A DNA stretch of 32,000 bases from Halorhodospira halophila SL1 (GTDB taxonomy: Bacteria > Pseudomonadota > Gammaproteobacteria > Nitrococcales > Halorhodospiraceae). This document shows, piece by piece, positions 8,702 to 17,431 of this stretch (the first letter of the stretch is position 1; every line of letters begins with the position of its first letter). Position numbers and translations under genes: made by a program. Location of the stretch: NCBI RefSeq assembly GCF_000015585.1, contig NC_008789.1:1860001-1892000 (forward strand), given 5' to 3'. Below the pieces are notes generated by a model. That model searched no databases, had not been told where the DNA came from, and saw only the letters and a list, made by a program, of their open reading frames with translations.

Positions 8702-10006
8702 ATGGAGGATGCATTGACCCTGTCATGGAGAGCCGTGCCTGTACGCATCCTTGCCATCGGCGACCTGCACCTGGGGCGCCGCCCGAGCCGTGTCCCGGCG
8801 GCCGTGGACCCTGCCGGCCGTCTAACCCCTGCCGCTGCCTGGGCGATGTGCGTCGAGCGGGCCGTCCGCGAAGGCGCGGACGCCGTCGTGCTCGCCGGCG
8901 ACGTGGTCGAGGACAGCGACGACCTCTACGAGGCATTCCCCGATCTGCGCCGCGGCGTGGAGCGGCTGGCCGACCACAACATCCCCGTTGCCGCCGTCTC
9001 CGGCAATCACGACGGTGCCGTCCTGCCCCGCCTGGCTGAGAGCCTCCCGGCCTTCCGACTGATCGGCCAGGGCGGCACCTGGGAGGCCATCGAGCTGGCC
9101 GGGGTCGAGATCCTCGGCTGGTCTTTCCCCGGTACCACCGCACCGGATAGCCCCCTCGCCACCCCCGTCCCGCAACGTGGCGGTAACCAGCCGCGCATCG
9201 GGCTGCTCCATTGCGATCGCGACCAGACCGGCAGCCGTTACGCCCCGGTGCGCTCGGCGGACCTGCAGGCAGCGGACAGCGATGCCTGGCTACTGGGGCA
9301 CATCCACCGCCCGGACGCCCTGGCCGGACCGCGCCCCATCGGCTACCTGGGCAGCGTCCTCGGCCTCGACCCCGGAGAGCCAGGCGCCCGCGGCCCGTGG
9401 TGGATCCGGGTCGACGGCCCCGGGCACATCGAAGCCGAGCACATCCCGTTGGCCCCCCTGCGCTGGGAGCCCTTGACGGTCAACGCCGACGGGGTCGAGC
9501 ACGCCGATGACCTCCACCCCCGGGTCATGGCAGCCCTGGACGAACTCCACCTGGCCCTGAGCCGCTCCGGCGCCGAGCCCCAGGCGGTCGGCTGCCGGCT
9601 GCAGATCACTGGGCGCCCATCAGCCGGAATCGCCATCGAAGCACGACTGCAGGAGACCGGACTGGCCGAACTCCACGAAGTCCGCGACGGCGTGCACTAC
9701 TTCATCGAGGCCGTACGCATGGCGACGGAGCCGGCGCTCGACCTGGAGCGCCTAGCCCAGGGCAGCGACCCGGTCGGACTCCTGGCCCGGCGCCTGCTGA
9801 TCCTGCGCCGCGACCCGGGGGACCGCGAGCGTGCCGAACTGATCCGCCGCGCCCGACCGGAACTCGAGGCCGTCACCCGCCAGCGCACCTACTGGGGCCT
9901 GGAGCCCTCGGACCTGGGCGAGGCCCGCATCGCCGAGGTCCTCGAACAGGCCGCCCGACGCGCCCTGGAACACCTTCTGACCCAGGACCGGGAGACCGCA
10001 CCGTGA
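8702..10006 (+). CDS. SbcD/Mre11-like calcineurin-type metallophosphoesterase (YhaO/SbcF-like nuclease subunit)
   Basis: Phosphoesterase motifs in order: ILAIGDLHLG, VLAGDVVED, VSGNHD, LLHCD and LLGHIHRPD. The track ORF starts at TTG 8447, but that extension reads as non-coding leader. ATG 8702 is chosen. In-frame GTG 8735 (GGAGA SD, product MPVRILAIGDLHLG) is an equally good alternative. Confidence 0.8.
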   Translation: MEDALTLSWRAVPVRILAIGDLHLGRRPSRVPAAVDPAGRLTPAAAWAMCVERAVREGADAVVLAGDVVEDSDDLYEAFPDLRRGVERLADHNIPVAAVSGNHDGAVLPRLAESLPAFRLIGQGGTWEAIELAGVEILGWSFPGTTAPDSPLATPVPQRGGNQPRIGLLHCDRDQTGSRYAPVRSADLQAADSDAWLLGHIHRPDALAGPRPIGYLGSVLGLDPGEPGARGPWWIRVDGPGHIEAEHIPLAPLRWEPLTVNADGVEHADDLHPRVMAALDELHLALSRSGAEPQAVGCRLQITGRPSAGIAIEARLQETGLAELHEVRDGVHYFIEAVRMATEPALDLERLAQGSDPVGLLARRLLILRRDPGDRERAELIRRARPELEAVTRQRTYWGLEPSDLGEARIAEVLEQAARRALEHLLTQDRETAP

Positions 10007-13000
10007 GACTGCGCCGGATCCAGATCCTGCGTCTGCCCGGGATCGACCCGGGCTTCACCGTAGAGGGCATGGGCGACGGGCTGCAGTTGATTGTCGGCCC
10101 CAACGCCTCGGGCAAGAGCAGTCTGATCCGCGCCCTGCACGCCCTGCTCGAACCGGGCCGACGCATGACCGGCACGGTGCACCTGGAAGCGGACATCGAC
10201 ACGGCTACCGGCCCGATGCAGGTGGTCAGGATCGGCGACCGAGTCACCTGGTATCGGGATGGCGCCCCGGCCGATCCGCCTGCACTGCCGCCCCCACACC
10301 TGCTCGACTGCTACGCCCTGCAGGTGGAAGGGCTCACCGATCCGGGTGCCACCGACGCCGAGATCGGTCGGGCGCTCGTCCGCGAGCTTGCCGGCGGCTA
10401 CGATCTGGCCGCGCTGACCGCCCAGCGCGGCCCGTTCCATATCAAGCGCAATCACGGCGAAACCGAGGCACGTACCCTGGAACAGGCACGCAGCCAGTGG
10501 CGGGAGCGGCGGCAGGAACATGAAGCCCTGATCGCCGACGAGCAGCGCCTGGCCGACCTGGAAACGGCTTACCGGGCTGCCGAGCAGGCCCGGCACGAGG
10601 CCGAGCAACTGCGTCAGGCCGCCGAGCTGGCGGCGGCCCGGGCCGAACTGGAACAGATCGATGACCGGCTGGCCCATTTCCCGGCCGAGATGAACCGGCT
10701 CCATGGCGACGAACTCCAGCGCCTGGAACAGGAAGAGGCAGCCCTTGCCCGACTCCGCACCGAGCAAGAGAAACTCGCCGAGGCGGAACGGGCCGCCACC
10801 CGACAACTGACCGAGACCCGACTGCCCGAAGCCGCCCCCGATGCCGAGACCCTGCAGCGCCACCGCCAGCTGCTGCGCGAACTCAGCGAGCGCGAGCGGG
10901 AGTGCCGCCAGGCCGAGGAGGATATCGCGGCCGCCCGGCAGCGGCAGCAGGAACTCGCCGAGGCCCTGGGCGTACCAGAACCCGCCGCCGTGCGCATCGA
11001 CCCGACGGCGCTGCGCACCCTGGAGGAGCAGCTCGAACCATACCAGCGCGCCGAGGCGGAACTGACGGCCCTGGATCGGGAGCTGGCCCGCCTCTCCGAC
11101 CCGGACCACCCCCGCCTGCCCCGGGCAGAGACCGTGCGGACCGGCCGCCGCGAACTCATCCACTGGCTCAGCGCCCGCAAACCGCCCCGCCCGGGGATCC
11201 TGGGCGGTACCGCCGGGGTACTGGGCATGGCCGCACCGCCGACGCTGGTCGGCACCCTACTGTGGCTGGAGCCACAGTGGCAGTGGCATCCCGGCTGGGT
11301 GGCAGCGGGCCTGGGTGCCACCGCTGCCCTGAGCTACGCGGCCAGCACCGTACTCCGCGCCCCGCAGGCCGACGCCCTGCGCGACGCAGCCCGCCGGCGC
11401 TACCCCACCGAGCTGCCCCAGCCCAGCGCCTGGGAGCACGACCCCGTGGGCACCTGCCTGGAGCAGCTCGATACCCTGCTCCACGCTGCCGAGCGGCGCG
11501 AGCAGCACAGCCAGCGCGCCGCCGAACAGCAACGGTGCAAGCGGGAGTTGCAGCGGCTGCGCGAGGATCTCTCGCGCCGCGCCCGCCAGCTCGGCGGCGA
11601 CGGCAACCGGTTGGCAGCGAGCACCCTGCATTACCTGCAGAGCCTGCGCGACTGGAACCAGGCCGCCGCCGAGCGGGCCGAGGCTGAGGCCCGGCGCGAG
11701 GCGCGCCAAGGCGAAGCCGAGCGCCTGCGCACCGAGGTCAGCGGCTTTCTCACCTCCTGGCACTCCTTACCCCCGGACGGCAGCGACGACGTTGAGGCCC
11801 TGATCGCCGCCGTCGACGGATTGGCCAACCGAGCCCAACAGCGCACCGAGGCGCTTCGCCAGCACCAGGACGTGGAGCGATGGCGAGCCGACCTCCTGCG
11901 GCAAGTCGACGAGCGGCGCGCGGCCATCGAGCAGCTGTTCGCCCGGGCCGGCCTGCCCGACGGGGATCGGGACACCCTCCGCCAGCGCCTGGAGCAGCGC
12001 CCCGACTGGCAACAGCTCCAGGAACATCGCCACCAGTGGCAGGCCGAGGCACAAGCGGCCCGCCGCGCCCTGGCCGATGCCAACGAGCTGCTGCAGCGCG
12101 CCGAGCAGACCTCCGCCGAGACCCTGCACGCCGAGGCCAGCGATCGCCTGGCACGGGCCGGCGACGCACAGCAGATCAGCGAGACCATCGGTTCAATCCG
12201 CCAGCGGATTCACTACGTCCAGCAGACACGCCCGCTGGAGCACACCCGCGCCGAGATCCAGCAGGCCGGCGATGCACTGGCCGAACGGCTCGACGAGGCA
12301 CTGATCGCCTGCGCGGGCCGCTGGCTGGTGGACGACGTCCGCCAGGAACACACCAGCGAGCGCCGGCCCGACGCACTGCGCCGCGCCGAGGGGTGGCTGC
12401 ACCGGTTCACCGACTACCGGTACACCCTGCGCTTCCTTCCCGACGCCGAGGGCAACGGCCGGTTCCTGGCCCACGACCAGCATGCCGGCGCCGACCGCAG
12501 CCTCGCCGAACTGTCCACGGGCACGCGCATGCAGCTGCTGCTCGCCGTCCGGGTCGCCTTTGCGCTGGAAGCGGAACGCGGCCGAGAACCCCTGCCCCTG
12601 TTCCTCGACGAGGCCCTCACCACCACCGACCGCGAGCGCTTCAGCGCCGTGGCCGAGGCGCTGGCCACCCTGGCCGAGGAGGATCGGCGACAGGTCTTTT
12701 ACCTAAGCGCGCAGGCCGCCGAGCCACAGCTCTGGCATCAAGTCGGCATCGACCCACCGGTGATCGACCTAGCGGAAGTCCGCCGCCTGGCCCGGGGCAG
12801 CGCCTCCGCCGAAGGCCTCGCGCTGCCGCCCCGTCCGACGCCCGCGGAGCCCCAGGACCACACCGCTGCAAGCTACGGAGCCGCCATCGGTGCCCCCTGG
12901 ATCGACCCCTGGCAGGACATCGGTCAGGTCCACCTGTTCCATCTGCTGCGTGACGACCTCGAGCGATTGCACCGGATTCTCAACGCCGGTTTCGAGTATC

Positions 13001-13545
13001 TGGGCCCGCTGCGCGGCCTGCTGAGCAGCGACGCTGCCCGGACCCTCTTCACCGAGGAAGAGGCCAACGATCTGCGGGTCCGGCTTGTCGTCGCCGAGGC
13101 GTGGCAGGAGGCCTACACCATCGGTCGCGGCTTCCCCATCGACCGCGCCACCCTGGCCGCGGCAACACCGATCGCCGGCAGCACCCTGCGTGATGACGTG
13201 GCCCAACTGGCCGAGACCCACGGCGGCGACGCCGCCGCCATCCTCGAGGCATTGCAGAACAAGGCAGTCTCCGGGTTCCGGACGCGCAAGATCGGCGAAC
13301 TCCGCGACTGGCTGGAACAGCACGGCTATCTCGACCCGCGCCCACCCAGCCGCCGCGAGGACCGGCTGCAGCGCGCCTTGGTCGCCGCCGGCGGGGCGAT
13401 CCACGAGGGGACCGTCACGACCAGCCAGGTTCGGGGCTGGGTCGATCAACTGGAGGCTGGGCTGGCGCCGGAGGGCGACGGGGCAGCGGCGACCCGGGCA
13501 CTGGCCACCTCCACGCAACGGGGAACGGCGGAGGCCCCCTCGTGA
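10003..13545 (+). CDS. SbcC/Rad50-like SMC-type ATPase of the YhaN/SbcE kind, with a hydrophobic hairpin at the coiled-coil centre and a long C-terminal extension
   Basis: 1180 aa. N-terminal Walker A is IVGPNASGKSS. About 750 aa of Arg/Glu/Ala/Gln-rich coiled coil follows. The ABC signature is LSTGTRMQLLLAVRVAF and Walker B is LPLFLDEALTTTD. There is no CxxC zinc hook. The start ATG overlaps the upstream stop (GTGA). Confidence 0.8.
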   Translation: MRLRRIQILRLPGIDPGFTVEGMGDGLQLIVGPNASGKSSLIRALHALLEPGRRMTGTVHLEADIDTATGPMQVVRIGDRVTWYRDGAPADPPALPPPHLLDCYALQVEGLTDPGATDAEIGRALVRELAGGYDLAALTAQRGPFHIKRNHGETEARTLEQARSQWRERRQEHEALIADEQRLADLETAYRAAEQARHEAEQLRQAAELAAARAELEQIDDRLAHFPAEMNRLHGDELQRLEQEEAALARLRTEQEKLAEAERAATRQLTETRLPEAAPDAETLQRHRQLLRELSERERECRQAEEDIAAARQRQQELAEALGVPEPAAVRIDPTALRTLEEQLEPYQRAEAELTALDRELARLSDPDHPRLPRAETVRTGRRELIHWLSARKPPRPGILGGTAGVLGMAAPPTLVGTLLWLEPQWQWHPGWVAAGLGATAALSYAASTVLRAPQADALRDAARRRYPTELPQPSAWEHDPVGTCLEQLDTLLHAAERREQHSQRAAEQQRCKRELQRLREDLSRRARQLGGDGNRLAASTLHYLQSLRDWNQAAAERAEAEARREARQGEAERLRTEVSGFLTSWHSLPPDGSDDVEALIAAVDGLANRAQQRTEALRQHQDVERWRADLLRQVDERRAAIEQLFARAGLPDGDRDTLRQRLEQRPDWQQLQEHRHQWQAEAQAARRALADANELLQRAEQTSAETLHAEASDRLARAGDAQQISETIGSIRQRIHYVQQTRPLEHTRAEIQQAGDALAERLDEALIACAGRWLVDDVRQEHTSERRPDALRRAEGWLHRFTDYRYTLRFLPDAEGNGRFLAHDQHAGADRSLAELSTGTRMQLLLAVRVAFALEAERGREPLPLFLDEALTTTDRERFSAVAEALATLAEEDRRQVFYLSAQAAEPQLWHQVGIDPPVIDLAEVRRLARGSASAEGLALPPRPTPAEPQDHTAASYGAAIGAPWIDPWQDIGQVHLFHLLRDDLERLHRILNAGFEYLGPLRGLLSSDAARTLFTEEEANDLRVRLVVAEAWQEAYTIGRGFPIDRATLAAATPIAGSTLRDDVAQLAETHGGDAAAILEALQNKAVSGFRTRKIGELRDWLEQHGYLDPRPPSRREDRLQRALVAAGGAIHEGTVTTSQVRGWVDQLEAGLAPEGDGAAATRALATSTQRGTAEAPS

Positions 13546-14057
13546 GCATGCCAACCTCGGTAGCCGAGCGCGCGCGGTTTGTGGAACGGGAAACCCGGAC
13601 CTGGTGGGACCGGTTCGGGACCACCTACCCGCGGCTCAACCGGGTAGCCACCCCCAAGGTCGAGTGGCTGCGCCGCGGCTCGACTGCCGGGCGGGCCGAC
13701 CTGCGCCGCTGGGTAGTCGCGTTCAACCGCCCCATGCTCCGGCGCGACGACGGGTTCCGCATCATTCTACCGGATACCGTGGTCCACGAGCTGGCCCACC
13801 TGGCCGCCTTCCACCTCTACGACAGCCGCGGCCACGACGCCGCCTGGCGCGGGATGATGGAGCGCATGGGCGTCCCGCCACGGCGCACTCACGACCTGGA
13901 TGTCACCGGCCTGCCCGGCGTCCAGCGCCGCTGGCGCTACCGCTGCGGCTGCGGCGAGGTGCAGCTGAGCACCACCCGTCACAACCGCATCCTGCGCGGC
14001 ACGCAGATCTACCGCTGCGCCCGCTGTCACCGGCAGCTCGAACGCGCCGAAGACTAG
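13542..14057 (+). CDS. sprT: SprT-family zinc metalloprotease with a C-terminal zinc ribbon
   Basis: Aligns by eye along its length to E. coli SprT. Matches include GSTAGRAD versus GTSAGTAW and VVHELAHLA (HExxH). Further matches are HDAAWRGMMERMGVPPRRTHDLDV versus [25 protein letters not shown], and YRCGCGEVQLSTTRHNRILRGTQIYRCARCHRQL versus [34 protein letters not shown]. The GTG start overlaps the upstream TGA; ATG 13548 is an alternative. Confidence 0.85.
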   Translation: MSMPTSVAERARFVERETRTWWDRFGTTYPRLNRVATPKVEWLRRGSTAGRADLRRWVVAFNRPMLRRDDGFRIILPDTVVHELAHLAAFHLYDSRGHDAAWRGMMERMGVPPRRTHDLDVTGLPGVQRRWRYRCGCGEVQLSTTRHNRILRGTQIYRCARCHRQLERAED

Positions 14058-14078
14058 CCGCACCCGTGCCCAGACGGA

Positions 14079-15116
14079 TCAGATCAGCAGCATGGCATCG
14101 CCGTAGCTGAAGAAGCGGTACTCTTCGGCCACGGCGTGACGGTAGGCGGCCATGACCGATTCGTAGCCGCCGAAGGCGCTGACGAGCATCAGCAGCGTCG
14201 ACTCGGGCAGGTGGAAGTTGGTGAGCAGTCCGTCCACGGCCCGGAAACAGTACCCCGGAGTGATGAAGAGCCGCGTCTCGCCACTGTAAGGTGCCAGCTG
14301 GCCGTCCGCCGCGGCACTCTCCAGGGCCCGCACCACCGTAGTCCCCACGGCCACCACCCGGCCGCCGCGCTCTCGGGTAGCGTTGACAGCGGCCACCGTC
14401 TCGGCGCTGACCTCCAGCCACTCGGCGTGCATGGTGTGGGCACTCAGATCATCGCTCTCCACCGGGGCGAACGTCCCGGCACCCACGTGCAGCGTCACCC
14501 GAGCCGTCCCCACCCCGTCGGCGCGTAACCGCTCGAGCAGGGCGTCATCGAAGTGCAGCCCCGCCGTCGGCGCGGCGACGGCCCCCGGGCGGGCGGCGAA
14601 AACGGTCTGGTAGCGGGTGCGATCCTCGTCGTCGTCCGGCCGGCGGATATACGGCGGCAACGGCACGTGGCCGACCCGCTCCAGGTAGTCCCACAGGCTT
14701 TCGACCAGCCCAGCCAGCTGCAAACGGAAGAAGCGGCCCTCGCGCTCGAGCACCTCGGCCTGCACCCCGTCGGCCAACCCCAGCCGGCCGCCGGGCTTCG
14801 GGGTCCGGTTGGCACGCAGCTGACAAGTGATCAGCCCCGCGTCCGGATCTTCCACCCGCTCGATCAAAACCTCGACCCGCGCCCCGGTGGGCTTGGCCGC
14901 CTCGAGCCGGGCCGGGATCACACGTGTGTCGTTGAGGACCAGCAGGTCCCCGGCGCGCAGATAGGCCGGCAGGTCGGTGAAGCGCCGATCGGCCAGCGCC
15001 CCGCTATCGGTGCGCAGCACCAGCATCCGGCTAGCGGCGCGTTGCGCCGCCGGCCGATGGGCGATCAGCCGCTCGGGCAAGGCGTAGTCAAAGTCACTGC
15101 GGCGCCACTCGGTCAC
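14079..15116 (-). CDS. queA: S-adenosylmethionine:tRNA ribosyltransferase-isomerase (queuosine biosynthesis)
   Basis: 345 aa. Canonical QueA N-terminus [14 protein letters not shown], followed by [41 protein letters not shown] and [14 protein letters not shown]. Confidence 0.95.
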   Translation of the reverse strand: MTEWRRSDFDYALPERLIAHRPAAQRAASRMLVLRTDSGALADRRFTDLPAYLRAGDLLVLNDTRVIPARLEAAKPTGARVEVLIERVEDPDAGLITCQLRANRTPKPGGRLGLADGVQAEVLEREGRFFRLQLAGLVESLWDYLERVGHVPLPPYIRRPDDDEDRTRYQTVFAARPGAVAAPTAGLHFDDALLERLRADGVGTARVTLHVGAGTFAPVESDDLSAHTMHAEWLEVSAETVAAVNATRERGGRVVAVGTTVVRALESAAADGQLAPYSGETRLFITPGYCFRAVDGLLTNFHLPESTLLMLVSAFGGYESVMAAYRHAVAEEYRFFSYGDAMLLI

Positions 15117-17134
15117 GATGACGGGCCACCCTCTGTCACCTTGAACTGCTGCACCAACTCCTGCAGGGCCTCGGCCTCACGCCGCAGCTGCTGGGCGGTC
15201 TGCGCGGCCTGGTTGACGCCGCCGCTGGTCTGCTGGGTGACCTGATTGACCGCATCCACATTCTGCGCGATCTCGGCGGCGACATTCGACTGTTGCTCGG
15301 CGGCCGTCGCGATGGACTGCACGTTCTCGGCGACGCTCTGTGCCTTCTCGACAATTCGTTGCAGGGCCGCCCCGGCGGCCTCGGCCTGCCCCAGACCGTC
15401 GTTGACCTGCCCGGAACTCTGCTGCATACCCTGCACGGCGGTGTCGGTGCGCTCCTGGATCTGCTGCAGCGCCTCGGACACCTGCTGTGTGGCATCCACC
15501 GTCCGCTGGGACAGGGAGCGTACTTCGTCGGCAACCACGGCGAAACCGCGCCCCTGCTCACCGGCACGGGCCGCCTCGATGGCAGCATTGAGAGCGAGCA
15601 GGTTGGTCTGTTCGGCGATGCCGTCGATCATCGAGATGATCTCGCCGATCTGCTCGCCACTGTGTCCAAGGGCGGTCACCGCCTCGCCGGCACGCTCGAC
15701 GCTGGCGGCGACCTCCTGCATCCGGGTCACCAGACCTTGGACCGTTTCTCGACCATCGGCGGCCGTCTCCCCGGCCTGCACCGCCGCACTAGCCGCCTCG
15801 CTGGTCTGGCGCGAGACATCGTGGATCGAACTCGACATCTCCTCGATGGCGCTGGAGACCTGCTGCGTCTGATCCGACTGCTCGGTCATGCCCGACTCGA
15901 TCTGGGCATTGCTAGCGGCAATCCGCGCAACGCCGTCGGTGACATCCCGGCTCGCCCCGGAGAGCTGCACGATCATGCCGTGGATCCGATCCATCAGGCG
16001 GTTGAACCAATAGCCAACGTCACCCAGTTCATCGGCCCGGCGCTCGTCGACCCGGCGGGTCAAGTCGCCCTCACCCTCGGCGATGTCGCGCAGGCCATGG
16101 ACCAGCTGGCCCAGCGGCTGGGTCAGTGATCGCGTGGTCCACGCCGCGATACCGAAGGCCAGGAGGCCGACCAGAAACAGCCCGATGCCCAGGGTCGCCC
16201 CGGCCTCGCGGACCACGCCGACGACCCCCTCACTGGCCCGCTCGCCATTCTCGGCGGTATGATTGGCCAGATCCACCACCGCCCCGAGGGCCTGCTCGCT
16301 GGTCTCGGCCCGCACATGGCGCAGCTCGGCCAGCGCCTCCTGCGCCTCGGCCAGTCCGGTGGCGTAATCCTGGTACTCGATAATCGCGTCGTTGATCTCC
16401 TCGAGGATCTGTTGCTCCTGCTCGTCAGCGGCGTTGGCGCGCAGGATACTGAAGTGCACCTGGACCTGCCCGAACCCCGGCAGGGCGCCCTGCAGCCGTA
16501 TCGGATCGCGGGTTTCCAGAGACTGCAGGGCGGCACGGTGGATGTCCCCGGTAACCACGCGGATCTCGTTCAGGCGCGAGAGATCCTGCAACCGGCGGGT
16601 GCGTACGTCGGCAGCGCTCTGCCCGGCGGGCGCCCGGAAATCCGCCGCCTGGGCGTCCTCGACCCGCTCACGCTGCTCATCCAGCAGGTACTGCGTCTCT
16701 TCCAGGGCGATGGTAGCTGAGCGCATCAGCCCGTCCCGCTCCTCCCGCAACCGCCCCACGGCATCCTCCGTGGCATCGGTGGCATCGCGGTAGGCCCCCA
16801 TGGCGGCCTCGGCGCGCTCGGCAAACTCGGCCATGCGCCCGTGACTGCCGGCTCGCACCTGCTCGATCTGCGCTACGGCCGCATCGTGGGCCTCTGCGGC
16901 CCGCTCCGCAGCCTCGGGTTGGTGGGTCAGACCGTACTCCTGCCAGCGCTCGGCGCTCTGCTGCACATATGCCTCGATCTGCCGTGCCGCCAGCAGCTCG
17001 GGCAACACCTCCTCGCGGAGCTCCGTAGCGTGGTCGTCAATGGTCCCCAACTGCCATACCGCCACGGCACCCAAAGCACCGGCCAGACCGATGACCAGAC
17101 CGAACCCCGTACCGAGCTTCCATCGGATGCGCAT
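15113..17134 (-). CDS. Methyl-accepting chemotaxis protein with a large helical periplasmic sensor, a HAMP domain and an MCP signalling domain
   Basis: TM1 is [18 protein letters not shown], followed by a helical ectodomain of about 300 aa and TM2 [21 protein letters not shown] follows, then the highly conserved [32 protein letters not shown]. The start is moved to ATG 17134 (GGGAGAG SD 6 nt upstream) from the track start 17179. Confidence 0.9.
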   Translation of the reverse strand: MRIRWKLGTGFGLVIGLAGALGAVAVWQLGTIDDHATELREEVLPELLAARQIEAYVQQSAERWQEYGLTHQPEAAERAAEAHDAAVAQIEQVRAGSHGRMAEFAERAEAAMGAYRDATDATEDAVGRLREERDGLMRSATIALEETQYLLDEQRERVEDAQAADFRAPAGQSAADVRTRRLQDLSRLNEIRVVTGDIHRAALQSLETRDPIRLQGALPGFGQVQVHFSILRANAADEQEQQILEEINDAIIEYQDYATGLAEAQEALAELRHVRAETSEQALGAVVDLANHTAENGERASEGVVGVVREAGATLGIGLFLVGLLAFGIAAWTTRSLTQPLGQLVHGLRDIAEGEGDLTRRVDERRADELGDVGYWFNRLMDRIHGMIVQLSGASRDVTDGVARIAASNAQIESGMTEQSDQTQQVSSAIEEMSSSIHDVSRQTSEAASAAVQAGETAADGRETVQGLVTRMQEVAASVERAGEAVTALGHSGEQIGEIISMIDGIAEQTNLLALNAAIEAARAGEQGRGFAVVADEVRSLSQRTVDATQQVSEALQQIQERTDTAVQGMQQSSGQVNDGLGQAEAAGAALQRIVEKAQSVAENVQSIATAAEQQSNVAAEIAQNVDAVNQVTQQTSGGVNQAAQTAQQLRREAEALQELVQQFKVTEGGPSS

Positions 17135-17308
17135 ACTGCTCTCCCTATCACCCCGCCGCGACCGCAGCGCCGCAGCCATGCCTCAGAACGCGCGATAAAC
17201 TACGCGACTGACTCCGTCATCACCAGTGGCGACCACCTGCGGCTTTCCTTGAGCTTGAAACACCGGCACCTGGCTAACGCGGCTCGGCGTGATACACTTG
17301 TGAGCCGT

Positions 17309-17394
17309 GCCGGGATGGCGGAACTGGTAGACGCGCTCGACTCAAAATCGAGTGGGCTTCGCCCATGTGGGTTCGAGTCCCACTCCCGGCACCA
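17309..17394 (+). tRNA. tRNA-Leu, anticodon CAA, type II with a long variable arm and encoded CCA
   Basis: Acceptor stem GCCGGGA pairs with TCCCGGC. Anticodon stem-loop is CTCGA-CTCAAAA-TCGAG. T arm is GTGGG-TTCGAGT-CCCAC. The variable arm is long (TGGGCTTCGCCCATG). The 3' end is ACCA. Confidence 0.9.
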
Positions 17395-17431
17395 TCTGTG
17401 ACCCTCCCTTGGATCCATCCGAGCCGGCGTA

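Noticed and set aside
9889-13554. Minus-strand ORFs of 424, 235, 185 and 261 aa inside the SMC-like ATPase gene
   Set aside because: They lie antisense to an Arg/Glu/Ala/Gln-rich coiled-coil gene, whose complementary codons rarely give stops. The products are low-complexity.
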